64,000 bases of DNA from Desulfurococcaceae archaeon (GCA_038824035.1 JAWBBW010000001.1:64001-128000), one strand, 5' to 3'. Shown: positions 19,815-30,593, counted from the stretch's first letter. Made by a program: numbers and translations. The notes: generated from the letters alone by a model not told the origin.

Positions 19815-20790
19815 ACCAGTGATTACTGAACTAGGTGATAGTGTTTTGAGGAGGAAAGCTGTCGAGATATTGAATTTCACCAAGAAATTCGGGGATTTCA
19901 CGGCCGTTGATAACCTTGTCCTCGACATCTACGAGGGCGAGATCTTCGGTTTACTGGGTCCAAATGGCTCTGGTAAAACAACCACGTTATTGACCATAGC
20001 CACTGTGTATAGGCCGACTAGCGGGGACATATACGTGTTCGGGCACAGCGTAACGAAGGAGGATTACATGGTGCGGAAATTCGTGGGCATAGCGTTCCAG
20101 GAGCCGAAAGCCATGTGGATGGATAAGCCATATGACATATTGCTATGGCATGCGAGGGTAGTTGGGTATTCCCATGAAGAGGCCAGGAAAGTTGTGAGAG
20201 ATGTCATGGATACTCTTGGCCTATGGGAGCATAGGAATAAGTATTTCTACCAGTTAAGCGGGGGTACTCGTAAGAAAGTGGAGCTTGCAAAAGTGCTGAT
20301 ACAGAGGCCTAAAGTAGCCATATTAGACGAGCCCACAGCACAGGTGGATGTGTTATCGAAACATGCCTTGTGGGATCAGATAAAGAACTTGCAAAAAGAG
20401 GGCTCGACCATAATAATAGCCACGAACGACATGTTCGAGGCCGAGAAAGTATGTGAGAGAGTAGGGATAATACATGCTGGAAAACTAAGAGCACTAGGTA
20501 CAATAGAGGAGTTGAAAGACATGATCCCCCGTGGAGATGTCCTCGAGATCCATGCACCTAGTCCAATACCAGTGGATCTCTTGAACGAGTTGAACACCGT
20601 TTATGGCAGAGCCAAGTCAAACGGGAGTAATGTCGTATTTATATACCTGGAACGCGGCGAGGAGAAGGTGCTAGAAATAGTGGATGTCTTTAGGAAATAT
20701 GGGGTCAAGATCTCCAAGATAATAATGAAAGAGCCATCACTGGATGACGTCTTCACGTATTTAACAGGTGCCAGGCTCAGGGAGGGGTAA
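19804..20790 (+). CDS. ABC transporter ATP-binding protein (DrrA-like)
   Basis: GPNGSGKTT, LSGG, ILDEPT, EPSLDDVF. Confidence 0.93.
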   Translation: MTHKPVITELGDSVLRRKAVEILNFTKKFGDFTAVDNLVLDIYEGEIFGLLGPNGSGKTTTLLTIATVYRPTSGDIYVFGHSVTKEDYMVRKFVGIAFQEPKAMWMDKPYDILLWHARVVGYSHEEARKVVRDVMDTLGLWEHRNKYFYQLSGGTRKKVELAKVLIQRPKVAILDEPTAQVDVLSKHALWDQIKNLQKEGSTIIIATNDMFEAEKVCERVGIIHAGKLRALGTIEELKDMIPRGDVLEIHAPSPIPVDLLNELNTVYGRAKSNGSNVVFIYLERGEEKVLEIVDVFRKYGVKISKIIMKEPSLDDVFTYLTGARLREG

Positions 20791-21601
20791 GTTGATTTCT
20801 CGAAAGGACCTTGAAGATTTCTTGCACATCATTGAATGGGATTTGATGAGGCTAACCCATGACAAGGCTTTCATAGCTATGCGTACGGCGTGGTTCCTGG
20901 TGCAGGTATTGGTATTTGCACGCGCGATCACGGCTATTGTTAGTGCGAATTTACGCGATGTGCTCGGCATGGATTATTACCACTTCTATTTAATGGGCAT
21001 ATATGTGTCATTGTTATACTCGATCAGCATATCAAGGGGCTATGTTATAGCGGATGAATTCGACGACGGCATTGTGGAATACCACTTATCCCTTCCTGTT
21101 AAAAGAGGTATATTGGTTTTTGGCAGGGTTTTCGGTAGTTCTCTCTCAGCCTTGTTGTTTTCACTGCCAATGATGACTATAACATACATCATTCTGGGGG
21201 TCAAGAACATGGTGTCTATCCTCGTATCAGTGTTAGCGGCTTTCATGTTTTCATGTGGAGTTGTCAGTTTCGTGATATTGATAGTTCTGAACATACGCTC
21301 CATAGACGCGACTGATATATTGATAGGAGCTATAGACGCATTCGCGATCAGGCTAAGTAGTATATTTTATCCATTACCAGTAATCGAGGCAATGGGGCTA
21401 ACACATTATTACTTGGCCGCGCTTGTCAATCCGTTAACTAATTTCGCGGATTTCCTCAGAACACTTGTATTCCCAGAATACACTTTGTACAAGCTATCGC
21501 CACTAGCCATGGCCCTATATGTCCTTGGACTAGTCATGGGGTTGGTGATATTGGCAATAGAGTACTATGAGAGAAAGCTCGAAGCCGGGGGGTGGAAATA
21601 A
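20768..21601 (+). CDS. ABC-2 type permease
   Basis: About 6 TM segments, SSIFYP, NPLT; operon with the ATPase. Confidence 0.85.
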   Translation: MPGSGRGKLISRKDLEDFLHIIEWDLMRLTHDKAFIAMRTAWFLVQVLVFARAITAIVSANLRDVLGMDYYHFYLMGIYVSLLYSISISRGYVIADEFDDGIVEYHLSLPVKRGILVFGRVFGSSLSALLFSLPMMTITYIILGVKNMVSILVSVLAAFMFSCGVVSFVILIVLNIRSIDATDILIGAIDAFAIRLSSIFYPLPVIEAMGLTHYYLAALVNPLTNFADFLRTLVFPEYTLYKLSPLAMALYVLGLVMGLVILAIEYYERKLEAGGWK

Positions 21602-22369
21602 GTGTGGAGAGTTGTTCTAGACATGTTACTAATTGCTCACAGGGATCTAACTAGGTTTTGGAGAAACAAGTACTGGCTAGCCGGGCAGGTCGCAATGAAC
21701 CTGGCAGACATAGTCGTATTTGGCCTTATATTCAGGGGGATAGTCAATCCTGATCTAATACCAGATTATGTCAGGTTTATAACCCCTGGAATACTGAGTC
21801 TCTCAATATTCATCTCCTCGTTTAGTATTGGAAGGGAAGTCGGTGTGGAGCTTCGTAGAGAGGTGACCCATTACCTTATCTCACTCCCCGTTAAGAGGAC
21901 AAGCCTTGTTATGGGTAGAATACTGGGTGGTGTTCTTAGAGGCCTGATTTACCAGTTCGGGTTCCTGGTGTTGGCGTCCATGATACTAAGTCTCCCAGGT
22001 CCATTTGAATGGGTGATCATAGTTCTAACCACGATGATGCTCTCCATCGTGATATCTTGTCTCTCAATATCCATATCAACTATTACACGGAATTTCAATT
22101 TGCAGGCAACTATAAGGTCCTTGACGTATTATATATTGTTTTTCATATCGAACATATTTTACCCAGAAGTGGCTATAAAGGCGAGGCTAGGCCCTCTGGC
22201 CCCTATTGTCTCGTATTCACCGTTGTCAATGGCGACTAATTTATATAGATGGGGCTTTAAATATAACCCCAATGTCGATATAGTCTTCAATCTCGCAGGG
22301 CTCTCGTTATGGGCCTTAGCGATATTGCCAATTGCCTATAGGGTTTACCTGAGAAATCTAATCAAGTGA
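21602..22369 (+). CDS. ABC-2 type permease
   Basis: YVRFITPG, SNIFYP, SPLS; hydrophobic. Confidence 0.85.
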   Translation: MWRVVLDMLLIAHRDLTRFWRNKYWLAGQVAMNLADIVVFGLIFRGIVNPDLIPDYVRFITPGILSLSIFISSFSIGREVGVELRREVTHYLISLPVKRTSLVMGRILGGVLRGLIYQFGFLVLASMILSLPGPFEWVIIVLTTMMLSIVISCLSISISTITRNFNLQATIRSLTYYILFFISNIFYPEVAIKARLGPLAPIVSYSPLSMATNLYRWGFKYNPNVDIVFNLAGLSLWALAILPIAYRVYLRNLIK

Positions 22370-22441
22370 GAAAACCTATCTAACTTTAAAAACCATATAT
22401 CATAAATTTAAGCTAGTATATGGGTGAATGAGGGGCTACAC

Positions 22442-22723
22442 ATGTCCACCCGTAGAAAGACAGATAAACCCATTAGTGAGGAAACAGGGCCTGATGTATC
22501 ATTGTACATGACTATAAAGGTAGAAGACATCTTGAAGAAGATACAGAGCGAGGTTTCGAGAAAAGCTGTTAAGTATTATACGCCCTATACACTTGCACAG
22601 GCCTATGGCATAAAGGTGAGTTTCGCTAAGCGCGTATTGAGAGAGGCGGTGAAAAGGGGGATCTTAGAGCTATATAGCCCAGGGAGAAGATCCCCAGTAT
22701 TTGTGCCACGTCAATCGAGATAG
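22442..22723 (+). CDS. rps25e: 30S ribosomal protein S25e
   Basis: YYTPYTLAQAYGIKVSFAKRVLRE motif, basic small protein. Confidence 0.85.
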   Translation: MSTRRKTDKPISEETGPDVSLYMTIKVEDILKKIQSEVSRKAVKYYTPYTLAQAYGIKVSFAKRVLREAVKRGILELYSPGRRSPVFVPRQSR

Positions 22724-22776
22724 AGGAAATCCACGACAACAAGGTTTTAACCCCACGTATCGTTATTATTTACGAG

Positions 22777-22852
22777 GCGGCGGTCGTCTAGCCTGGATCA
22801 GGACGCCGGCCCCCCAAGCCGGAGATCCCGGGTTCAAATCCCGGCCGCCGCA
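22777..22852 (+). tRNA. tRNA-Gly(CCC), with C at position 33
   Basis: GCGGCGG...CCGCCGCA acceptor, anticodon arm CCGGC-CCCCCAA-GCCGG, GGTTCAAATCC T-arm. Confidence 0.92.
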
Positions 22853-22982
22853 TTATCCTTCACATCGCTGATTATGGTGATGTAGTTAAAAATATGCCGA
22901 GTATTTTTAACGCGTCCACGTGTTGGGGACATGCCTAGTGATTTAAAAATACCACGGTACATTGCCTTGTTAAATTACGGGC

Positions 22983-23543
22983 TTAGAAATTCCTGGTTAA
23001 CAAGACTATGTAGATGTTGATTATCACGATACCGTAGATCTCTAGTAGAGCCACTGATGGCCACTTGACAATAAATGCCCCAATAGGCCCTGTGATAGCC
23101 AGTATTGCCAGTGACATTGCATGTGGTGTTTTACTCTCGGATGCCATGCCTATGGAGGTTGCCAACATGGCTAGCCATATCTGGATGAAAAACCACGTGG
23201 AGATAAACACATGTGGTCTTGTGCCACTCGGGAAAACGCCGATCAGCGATAGGAATATGCCCGCCACAAATATCAGTGCAGATGCGAAAACATGTACCTT
23301 GTTGATCGACCTGTAAGCCAGGTAAAGGGAATATATGCATGTCACAACCCCTGTCACGATCAAACCTGTGTTATATATCCATGGGTTATTGGCCATGCCG
23401 GGATCCCCGAGATCGCTCAGTGCATGTTTAAATAGGTCAAACCACGGGTTATAAGTTATAGATATCGCTATCACGATCCAGGCAAGGATAACAGCCAAGA
23501 CACCTGTAAACCTCCAGAGATTTAAAAACCACTTGGCTTGCAC
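22983..23543 (-). CDS. DUF998-like membrane protein
   Basis: NPWF....ALSDLG, IGVFP...PH; multi-TM. Confidence 0.75.
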   Translation of the reverse strand: MQAKWFLNLWRFTGVLAVILAWIVIAISITYNPWFDLFKHALSDLGDPGMANNPWIYNTGLIVTGVVTCIYSLYLAYRSINKVHVFASALIFVAGIFLSLIGVFPSGTRPHVFISTWFFIQIWLAMLATSIGMASESKTPHAMSLAILAITGPIGAFIVKWPSVALLEIYGIVIINIYIVLLTRNF

Positions 23544-23851
23544 ATCATGTCACCTCTACGGAAAGCATCATATATATCAATGCTGGGGGTGATTTAAATG
23601 TTCCTGGGAAACACTAGGGCGTGTAATATATTCATGTTCCCGACATGTTCGCGGAGATAGTTATGTAATCGTCTCACCTAACACTCTCTGTGAAAATCGG
23701 TCTAAATCCATGTGTGAACGATGTATCAACATGGTTGAATAGATGTCCATGATAACGACGATGCTGTTCACGGGGCTATACAAACCAGTGCCAGTGCTTA
23801 GGATACAAGGATTTAACTTCATGAACAGTATTAAAACTTGGTGAAAACAGC

Positions 23852-24610
23852 TTGATAGATTACGAGGCTCTGCATAACGACGTAATAATTGTTCTCAGGC
23901 CTAAGGGAGACCCCGTTGGTTATAAGTTGTTCACTGAGAGAATTGATGGATTACCGTATTTCAAGGGCAATCTAGCCCTGTGCCAGGTGATAAAACAAGT
24001 GGCTATACTCGGCAAGGTGCTCGCGGTGAATTCGGATAATGTCGATGCATGTGTGGTCGGGACTTATGTGCTCGGGTTCAAGGAATTGCCAGGAGATTTC
24101 ACTGAGAGATGGGTAACGGAGCGTGGAATGAGCGAAACAGTGGTTAAACAACTCATCACGAGGATTCACGTGCTTGAAATGGGCAAATACAAATCAGCTC
24201 TCTTCGCGCCTCTAAGGCATTATAAGAGGCTGAATATGGATCCAGATGGTGTAATACTAATTGTGAACTCGGCACAGGCATACATAGTCCTAGCCGGTTT
24301 CTTCGATAGCACAGGGGTAAAACCGCAATCAGATTCCAATGGACATGCTGCTTGTGAATTAGTGGTCCCTCCATTAAGGGGTAAGAGCCCGTGGTTGACA
24401 ATACCATGTGGTGGTGCTAGAGCCCTGGCAGAGGCGCAGGACGATGAGCTGTGGATCAGTATTAGGCCAGAGGACTTGAAGAAAACACTGGATAGATTGA
24501 AGGCAGTGGGGATGAGGTATCCACTAACAGTGTACCAAATGCTGATAACTCAGCCCAATCCGGCACATCCATTGACACGCCTGATCTCTAGAAGTAATGC
24601 GATCGATTAG
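23852..24610 (+). CDS. DUF169-family protein
   Basis: PVGYK, LCQ, AC..G, PDGV, AAC, PCGGAR, DEL. Confidence 0.8.
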   Translation: MIDYEALHNDVIIVLRPKGDPVGYKLFTERIDGLPYFKGNLALCQVIKQVAILGKVLAVNSDNVDACVVGTYVLGFKELPGDFTERWVTERGMSETVVKQLITRIHVLEMGKYKSALFAPLRHYKRLNMDPDGVILIVNSAQAYIVLAGFFDSTGVKPQSDSNGHAACELVVPPLRGKSPWLTIPCGGARALAEAQDDELWISIRPEDLKKTLDRLKAVGMRYPLTVYQMLITQPNPAHPLTRLISRSNAID

Positions 24611-24756
24611 AGCACCCTGGTCACCGGCCATTTAACCATTTTTCCACGTAATCCACATATCCCCACGATCTTCTCAGCTCCCAGGGAAACATGAATACGC
24701 ATAGTATTCTCATCGTTAGATTCTTAATACGAGGAATTTATATTACCTAAAGGTGC

Positions 24757-26301
24757 ATGATATTGCCCTTTGGCTCAGACCCCTTGATCACCATGTTCGA
24801 GAACATTAATACAGATCCCTATATCATCCTGAAATCCATCCCAGCCCCCTATAAAGGCCCATTTAAACCCTCTTGGAGCTCTCTGAGAAAATACAGGGCT
24901 CCTAAATGGTTCATGGACTCTAGGTTCGGCGTATTTATCCACTGGGGCGTTTACTCTGTCCCAGCCTTTGGCAACGAGTGGTATCCAAGACACATGTATA
25001 TACCCGATAGACCTGAATACCGATATCACTTAGAGAATTTCGGGCCCTTAACAATGTTCGGCTATAAGGACTTCATACAGATGTTCACAGCCGAGAACTG
25101 GGATCCCGATGAATGGGCAAGGCTATTTAGGAAAAGTGGAGCTAGGTTCGTTATCCTCGTTGCCGAACACCATGATGGTTTCTCGCTATGGGATTCCAGT
25201 TACACTAGATGGTGTGCGCCTAGAATAGGCCCTAAGAGAGATATCGTTGGAGAGCTCAGAGAGGCCGTTGAGAGACAGGGGCTCGTGTTTGGCATATCCT
25301 ATCACAGGGCTGAACACTGGTGGTTTTTCGAACCCGGTATGAGAATTGAATCGGATGTCAGAGATCCAAGGTATTTGGACTTATATGGTCCAGCCCAGCC
25401 AGCTTCACTAGACCCTAGGGCATCGCCTTCGAGAGACAATATCCCCCCGAGCAGGGAATTCTTAATGGATTGGCTATTGAGGCTAGTGGAGATCGTGGAG
25501 AAGTATCGTCCATGGGTGGTGTACTTTGACTGGTGGATTGCAAATCCATCTTTCCAACCCTATCTAAAGGCGTTTGCTGCATATTACTATAATAGATGTC
25601 ATAGATGGGGAATCGAGCCCGTCATAGTGTATAAACATGGAGCTTTCGAAGAGGGCACAGCCATACCGGATCTCGCGGAACGGGGCACGTTGAGGGACAT
25701 ATATCCCTCTATATGGCTCGCGGACACCTCAGTAGATCGTAAATCATGGGGTTTCATAAAGGATGCTGATTACAAATCCCCTGAAACACTGATAGCACAT
25801 ATGGCTGATGTTGTGAGTAAAAATGGGGTGTTTCTATTAAACATAGGGCCTAGGCCCGATGGCACTATACCCGAGGAGTCTATTAGAATACTTCTAGATA
25901 TAGGGGAGTGGTTTAAACTATATGGGGAAAGCATTTACGGATCAAGTCCGTGGAGAATATATGGCGAAGGGCCCATGGAGATGTCGAGAGAAGGGTTTTT
26001 CACAGAGAACGAACTCGTGTTCACCGGCAATGATGTTAGATATACCTTGAGAAATTACTATCCCGGTCATAGCTGCATATACGCAATGGTGCTTGGAAGA
26101 CCAGGGGAGGAGATAGTGTTGAGGGCTTTTACCGAGCACATGAAGTTGTCTGAAAATGAGATATTAGATGTGAGTATTCTGGGCATTGGGAAAAAACCTG
26201 AATGGAGCATTGACATGGATGGCTTAAGGTTAAAAATACCTGTAAACGAAATCAAGAGATATCCATGTGTTATAAGGATTATCACTAGGAAATCTCATTG
26301 A
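24757..26301 (+). CDS. fucA: Alpha-L-fucosidase (GH29)
   Basis: FGVFIHWGVYSVP, EWY, AEHHDGF, YFDWW, VSKNGVFLLNIGPRPDG. Confidence 0.93.
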   Translation: MILPFGSDPLITMFENINTDPYIILKSIPAPYKGPFKPSWSSLRKYRAPKWFMDSRFGVFIHWGVYSVPAFGNEWYPRHMYIPDRPEYRYHLENFGPLTMFGYKDFIQMFTAENWDPDEWARLFRKSGARFVILVAEHHDGFSLWDSSYTRWCAPRIGPKRDIVGELREAVERQGLVFGISYHRAEHWWFFEPGMRIESDVRDPRYLDLYGPAQPASLDPRASPSRDNIPPSREFLMDWLLRLVEIVEKYRPWVVYFDWWIANPSFQPYLKAFAAYYYNRCHRWGIEPVIVYKHGAFEEGTAIPDLAERGTLRDIYPSIWLADTSVDRKSWGFIKDADYKSPETLIAHMADVVSKNGVFLLNIGPRPDGTIPEESIRILLDIGEWFKLYGESIYGSSPWRIYGEGPMEMSREGFFTENELVFTGNDVRYTLRNYYPGHSCIYAMVLGRPGEEIVLRAFTEHMKLSENEILDVSILGIGKKPEWSIDMDGLRLKIPVNEIKRYPCVIRIITRKSH

Positions 26302-26378
26302 ATAGGAACACCATATTACCCAGTCACTCGGAGATCCCGGTTATTTGTTCAGTGGTTTTGCCGGGCCACGATGTAATC

Positions 26379-27491
26379 TCAGTAATCATTGCCCAGTAAG
26401 AAGACGTTTCCAACCCATGTATTTCTAAGCCCATTTTCACGAGCTATTTTCAACGCCTTTTCAACGTGTTTTCTACTAGTTCTCGGTAAGTCCACTAGGA
26501 GGTAATCCGGATGGAAACCTAGGAATATGTATGGTATCTCCGGGTTCAAGCTGGCTATGTACTTTGTCATCTGGTCTATTTCATACTCATCAATATATCC
26601 TGGAACAAGCAACGTGGATATAACCAGGAGTGGTGGTTTCTCCCTGAGCCCTATGTGAGAAGCAACTAGTTTTATGTTCTCGCGAATCACATGTACATGT
26701 CTTTCATCGATATCGCAGAGAGCCCTATACACCTCTGGACTCCACGCCTTGAAATCTATCTTGACTATGCCTCCACTCACTAGACTCAGTTCTATTGCTT
26801 TCTTAAATAGGAATGGGTTCCACAGGCCATTTGTCTCCCAGCATATCCTGAATACCCGTAAACCCAGCGACATAGCCCTATCCCGCATTCTTCTAGCGGC
26901 GATTAATGCGTGAGGCGCGTATGGCCCTGGATCGCCTCCAAAGAAACAAACACACGTTGTCTTCTCATTCACTGATTCCACGAGGTCATCTATATTTAGT
27001 TGTGGCCTTGCCTTGGACACCATTTCCCTATACTCCCAGTTCTGGCAATAAAGGCAATCCATGTTACATCCCCCGTAGAACACAGCGATGTTGTAATAGC
27101 CGCGTTCCCCTCTAGGGGATAACGCGTACTTTGGATAACCAATACCCATGGCGGCCGGGCACACGGGTGTCGCTACACAATTTGTTGGATGTGGATCGTA
27201 GTAATACATGCCAACGGCCTTGTTGAGATCACCTGTAATCGACACCACTTTGCCTTTTTCAAGAACTCTATAACCACAATACCCCTTGGTTGAAAACAAA
27301 CAATTTCTCCCACACACTTTGCACTGAGTCATTGAATCCTCGTGCACAATTACCCGTAGACCGAAGATTTCACGAGATGTGGAATGAAGCCCGCTTAGGT
27401 CGATCCTCTTCTCTCTAATACAATTAACACATGCGTTCAATACATTGCTTACTGTGATTGATTCTTTATTGCAATAAGCGCATTTGCCCAT
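26379..27491 (-). CDS. Radical SAM protein (PflA/AmmeMemoRadiSam-like)
   Basis: GCNMDCLYCQN CxxxCxxC, FFGGDP, WETNG, N-terminal Cys pairs. Confidence 0.88.
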   Translation of the reverse strand: MGKCAYCNKESITVSNVLNACVNCIREKRIDLSGLHSTSREIFGLRVIVHEDSMTQCKVCGRNCLFSTKGYCGYRVLEKGKVVSITGDLNKAVGMYYYDPHPTNCVATPVCPAAMGIGYPKYALSPRGERGYYNIAVFYGGCNMDCLYCQNWEYREMVSKARPQLNIDDLVESVNEKTTCVCFFGGDPGPYAPHALIAARRMRDRAMSLGLRVFRICWETNGLWNPFLFKKAIELSLVSGGIVKIDFKAWSPEVYRALCDIDERHVHVIRENIKLVASHIGLREKPPLLVISTLLVPGYIDEYEIDQMTKYIASLNPEIPYIFLGFHPDYLLVDLPRTSRKHVEKALKIARENGLRNTWVGNVFLLGNDY

Positions 27492-27600
27492 TTTTCCACA
27501 TCAATAATATCTCCTTGCCAAGGACTTGAAAAACGTTTGAATAATACGAGGGGTATTTAAGGCAATGCAATATATACAGAGGATCAAGAGGGGTGAAATA

Positions 27601-28107
27601 TTGCGAAATGAATACGAGAGACTAATGGAAATGTTGATCGAGAATCCACGTGTAAGCTTCAAAAAATTGGCAGAAGAAAGTGGCTTGAGCTATGCCTTGA
27701 TCAGAAAAAGGCTGAAAAGCCTAGTGAACAAGGGGCTATTGATGTTTAAACTATGTACTACACCAGCGTTCGCGGGAAGAGAGGTCGCGGTTATAAGGAT
27801 TAAGAGTAATGAAGTTGGGAAAATAATAGAACTAGCGGGTTCCTGTAACAGAGTTCTAACCAGCGCTAGGATAAATGAACATGAGGGCGTGTTATTAATG
27901 AGTGGTACCTCGAAGACATATATCGCGCTCAGAATAGACTCCCTGAAATCCTGTATCACAAGCCCAGTAGAGATCTCAATAGAATATGGTGTGTTACCAG
28001 AAAACCAGGTCATCGTGATAAAGAGACATAACCATGGATGCCACTTGAACTTGAGATGTGATGACTGTACGGCTAAATTCGCATCGAAGATCCTGGGTAA
28101 GCTATGA
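27601..28107 (+). CDS. Lrp/AsnC-family transcriptional regulator
   Basis: ENPRVSFKKLAEESGLSYALIRKRLKSL HTH; TTG start after GGGGTGA. Confidence 0.8.
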   Translation: MRNEYERLMEMLIENPRVSFKKLAEESGLSYALIRKRLKSLVNKGLLMFKLCTTPAFAGREVAVIRIKSNEVGKIIELAGSCNRVLTSARINEHEGVLLMSGTSKTYIALRIDSLKSCITSPVEISIEYGVLPENQVIVIKRHNHGCHLNLRCDDCTAKFASKILGKL

Positions 28108-28123
28108 AAAACAATGAATGAAG

Positions 28124-28378
28124 CTAACAATTATCTATGAACATGTCTTTCAATAATTTCTCAATGACCTCGTAACGGGGGTCTCTTCTAGCTCTATAGA
28201 TCCTCCTTCTATAATAGGGCTTGTTCTCCAAGATCGCATGGCTCAGTAGATTAAAGATCTTCCATCCCTCGCTGTTCAACACGTTGTTCGAGAAATAGAT
28301 GTCTATGTTTGATAACAACTCAGCTATGAGTTTACATAAAAAATCGTTACCATTTGTACGGCCATTGTCCAGGTTCAT
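28124..28378 (-). CDS. Small hypothetical protein
   Basis: ATGA overlap with the adk stop. Confidence 0.6.
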   Translation of the reverse strand: MNLDNGRTNGNDFLCKLIAELLSNIDIYFSNNVLNSEGWKIFNLLSHAILENKPYYRRRIYRARRDPRYEVIEKLLKDMFIDNC

Positions 28379-29040
28379 TGTTTACACGGCATTATCTTCA
28401 GAATACCTTTTCTAATCAACATTTCCTCGAGCAATGACAATGCCTCGTTTAATGGCCTTTCCCCGTTGATCTCCATTAGTTTCCGGTTATTTAGATAGTA
28501 TTCTATGACCGGGTTGAATGTTTCGTAGAATACCCTATATCTTTGTCTTACCACGTCTGGTTCATCATCTTTTCTCCTAGATAATTCGGCGCCATCGTAA
28601 TCACACTTCATATCGATCTTGGGCTTTGGCTCAAAGTATATGTTGTAGACCCTTCCACATACAGGGCATATAACCCTCCCACTCAATCTCTTAACAGCCG
28701 TTTCCTCGGAGACGGCTATGTGTATTGCGACATCTATATTCACTATCTCGTCTAGCGCCTTCGCCTGGGCTATTGTACGCGGAAACCCATCCAGTATAAA
28801 CCCCCTTGCCACATCTGGTTGCCCGAGTCTTTTTTTGACAACCTCTATGACGATTTCATCGGGCACTAACAGGCCTTTTTCCAGGTATGGTTTAACTCGT
28901 AGACCGAGATCAGTGCCTTTCGATATCTCTTCGCGGAAAATATCCCCCGTGCTTATATGTGGTATACAGTATTTCTCTCTGAAATATTGCGCATACACTC
29001 CTTTACCAGCTCCTGGTGGACCTATCAACACAGCCTTCAT
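28375..29040 (-). CDS. adk: Adenylate kinase (bacterial-type, Zn lid)
   Basis: GPPGAGKG, HISTGDIFR, LDGFPR, CPVC...CDYD lid. Confidence 0.96.
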   Translation of the reverse strand: MKAVLIGPPGAGKGVYAQYFREKYCIPHISTGDIFREEISKGTDLGLRVKPYLEKGLLVPDEIVIEVVKKRLGQPDVARGFILDGFPRTIAQAKALDEIVNIDVAIHIAVSEETAVKRLSGRVICPVCGRVYNIYFEPKPKIDMKCDYDGAELSRRKDDEPDVVRQRYRVFYETFNPVIEYYLNNRKLMEINGERPLNEALSLLEEMLIRKGILKIMPCKQ

Positions 29041-29085
29041 TTCAATACCCCTGTTATTTTTATTCTGAGTAGATGATGGTTTAAA

Positions 29086-30255
29086 TCACTTCTGTGTTGA
29101 GAACCTTGGGTCCTTTATGCCAAGCCAGGACAATAGGTTTGAAAACGCGCGGTATTTCGATATGGCCTTGCTACCCCGGGGACCAGGCCTTTTCATGTAG
29201 AACGCGTTTATCTCGTAGACAGTTCCATATGCTTCTCTCTCAATGGCTATTTTACCTAGCCTGACAAGGTCAACCAATAAACCAGCTAGTGCAGGGCTAT
29301 CATTGATCCTCATGACTAAGTAGATCTCGTCTACGAATTCACCGAAACTCATGTATTCGATGATCATTGCAACGAACTTCTTATCGCCAAGGGGCTCTAA
29401 GTAACCGGTTGGCCTAATGTAATTCGGCGCCTCATAGCCCAATATATCTTCCACCATGGCGCTCTTTGTCTTCTTCTTCATGATGTTTCTCTCGGGTAAG
29501 TTTAATGATAGGAAATCTGTGTTTCCACCTATATTGAACTGGGCTATATCCAACACCCTTCTATTTCTCTCATACATATGCTCCAGTAGATCGGCCGTTA
29601 TAGGAGTTGCACCTGTCGCACCGTCATCTCCAAATATGACGGATTTACTCTCCCTGTATAATTCCACAAAACCAGGGTCATTTGCCAGTGGTGATGGTAT
29701 GGCGTTTACAAATGCCACTGAGCCATACTTAGATGCATACAAAGCCCCCATGTATGCGTATGTCTGAGATGCTGTTAGGCCGTTTTTCTCAAATCTCCTA
29801 TGTATTTCCCCAGGATCGCCGATCGCCTCTACCGGCTCGGTTGTCATGATATTCACGATCACGTTAACTCCCAGTTCTCTCCACTCGTCTATGATCTCCT
29901 CAACAGCTTGTTTAAACCCCTTTTCCTCCTCTCTGCCATGGGCTTTAAAAGGCAAGCCCTTCAAGCTATCCAGGTGAATGCCACGCCTGACAATGATGTC
30001 TTTTAGAGAACCGGGGATCTCGTGAGAACTCTTGTAGTACTTCTTAGCTAGTTCGTACACCGTCTTACCGACCTTTGCTTCATCTACATCATAAGACGCC
30101 ACGATCTCTATATCGTTGTATCTGTATGGCAACCAGTCTCTTAATGGAACTCCGTATTCCGGTATCTCGTTGTTTTTCAATTTTTCAAGGCCCACTTCGA
30201 AGTGTAGTGCAACAAGTCCTTGCCCGATTATTGCTACCCGGATCAATTGTATCAC
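29086..30255 (-). CDS. ino1: myo-Inositol-1-phosphate synthase
   Basis: GQGLVA, GDDGATGAT, QFNIGGNTDF, GDKK, NDSPALAG, AFYMK. Confidence 0.93.
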   Translation of the reverse strand: MIQLIRVAIIGQGLVALHFEVGLEKLKNNEIPEYGVPLRDWLPYRYNDIEIVASYDVDEAKVGKTVYELAKKYYKSSHEIPGSLKDIIVRRGIHLDSLKGLPFKAHGREEEKGFKQAVEEIIDEWRELGVNVIVNIMTTEPVEAIGDPGEIHRRFEKNGLTASQTYAYMGALYASKYGSVAFVNAIPSPLANDPGFVELYRESKSVIFGDDGATGATPITADLLEHMYERNRRVLDIAQFNIGGNTDFLSLNLPERNIMKKKTKSAMVEDILGYEAPNYIRPTGYLEPLGDKKFVAMIIEYMSFGEFVDEIYLVMRINDSPALAGLLVDLVRLGKIAIEREAYGTVYEINAFYMKRPGPRGSKAISKYRAFSNLLSWLGIKDPRFSTQK

Positions 30256-30256
30256 C

Positions 30257-30586
30257 TCAGAGTTTCAGTTTCGAGAGGACCTCTTCTATGAATATAATAC
30301 CTCTCTTGAAAGCATCCAGACCTCTCTCTGTCACTGTGTAATAAGCGCCTTCCTCATCACTCTTCCTAGTTAATAACCCATCTCTACTCATTCTATAGAC
30401 AACCGTGTAGAGCGTTATTGCGGGTGGGTTTATGTCAAATCTCTCTCGTAGTTTTACTAATATATCATATGTCCTCAGAGGCCTGTTCTCATCACTCAGC
30501 ACCTTGATCACGTATAGCCATAAGTTCTCCACGGTCAGCTTTCTCCTAAGCCTGGTCAAAGCCCTTGGCTCACTCAAGAACGCCAC
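30257..30586 (-). CDS. PadR-family transcriptional regulator
   Basis: YDILVKL, TLYTVVYRM..DGLL, YYTVTERG wHTH. Confidence 0.88.
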   Translation of the reverse strand: MAFLSEPRALTRLRRKLTVENLWLYVIKVLSDENRPLRTYDILVKLRERFDINPPAITLYTVVYRMSRDGLLTRKSDEEGAYYTVTERGLDAFKRGIIFIEEVLSKLKL

Positions 30587-30593
30587 CTTATAC

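Noticed and set aside
26336-26365. CCCGG...CCGGG hairpin between convergent genes as an H/ACA RNA
   Set aside because: No K-turn or ACA box; at most a terminator-like stem
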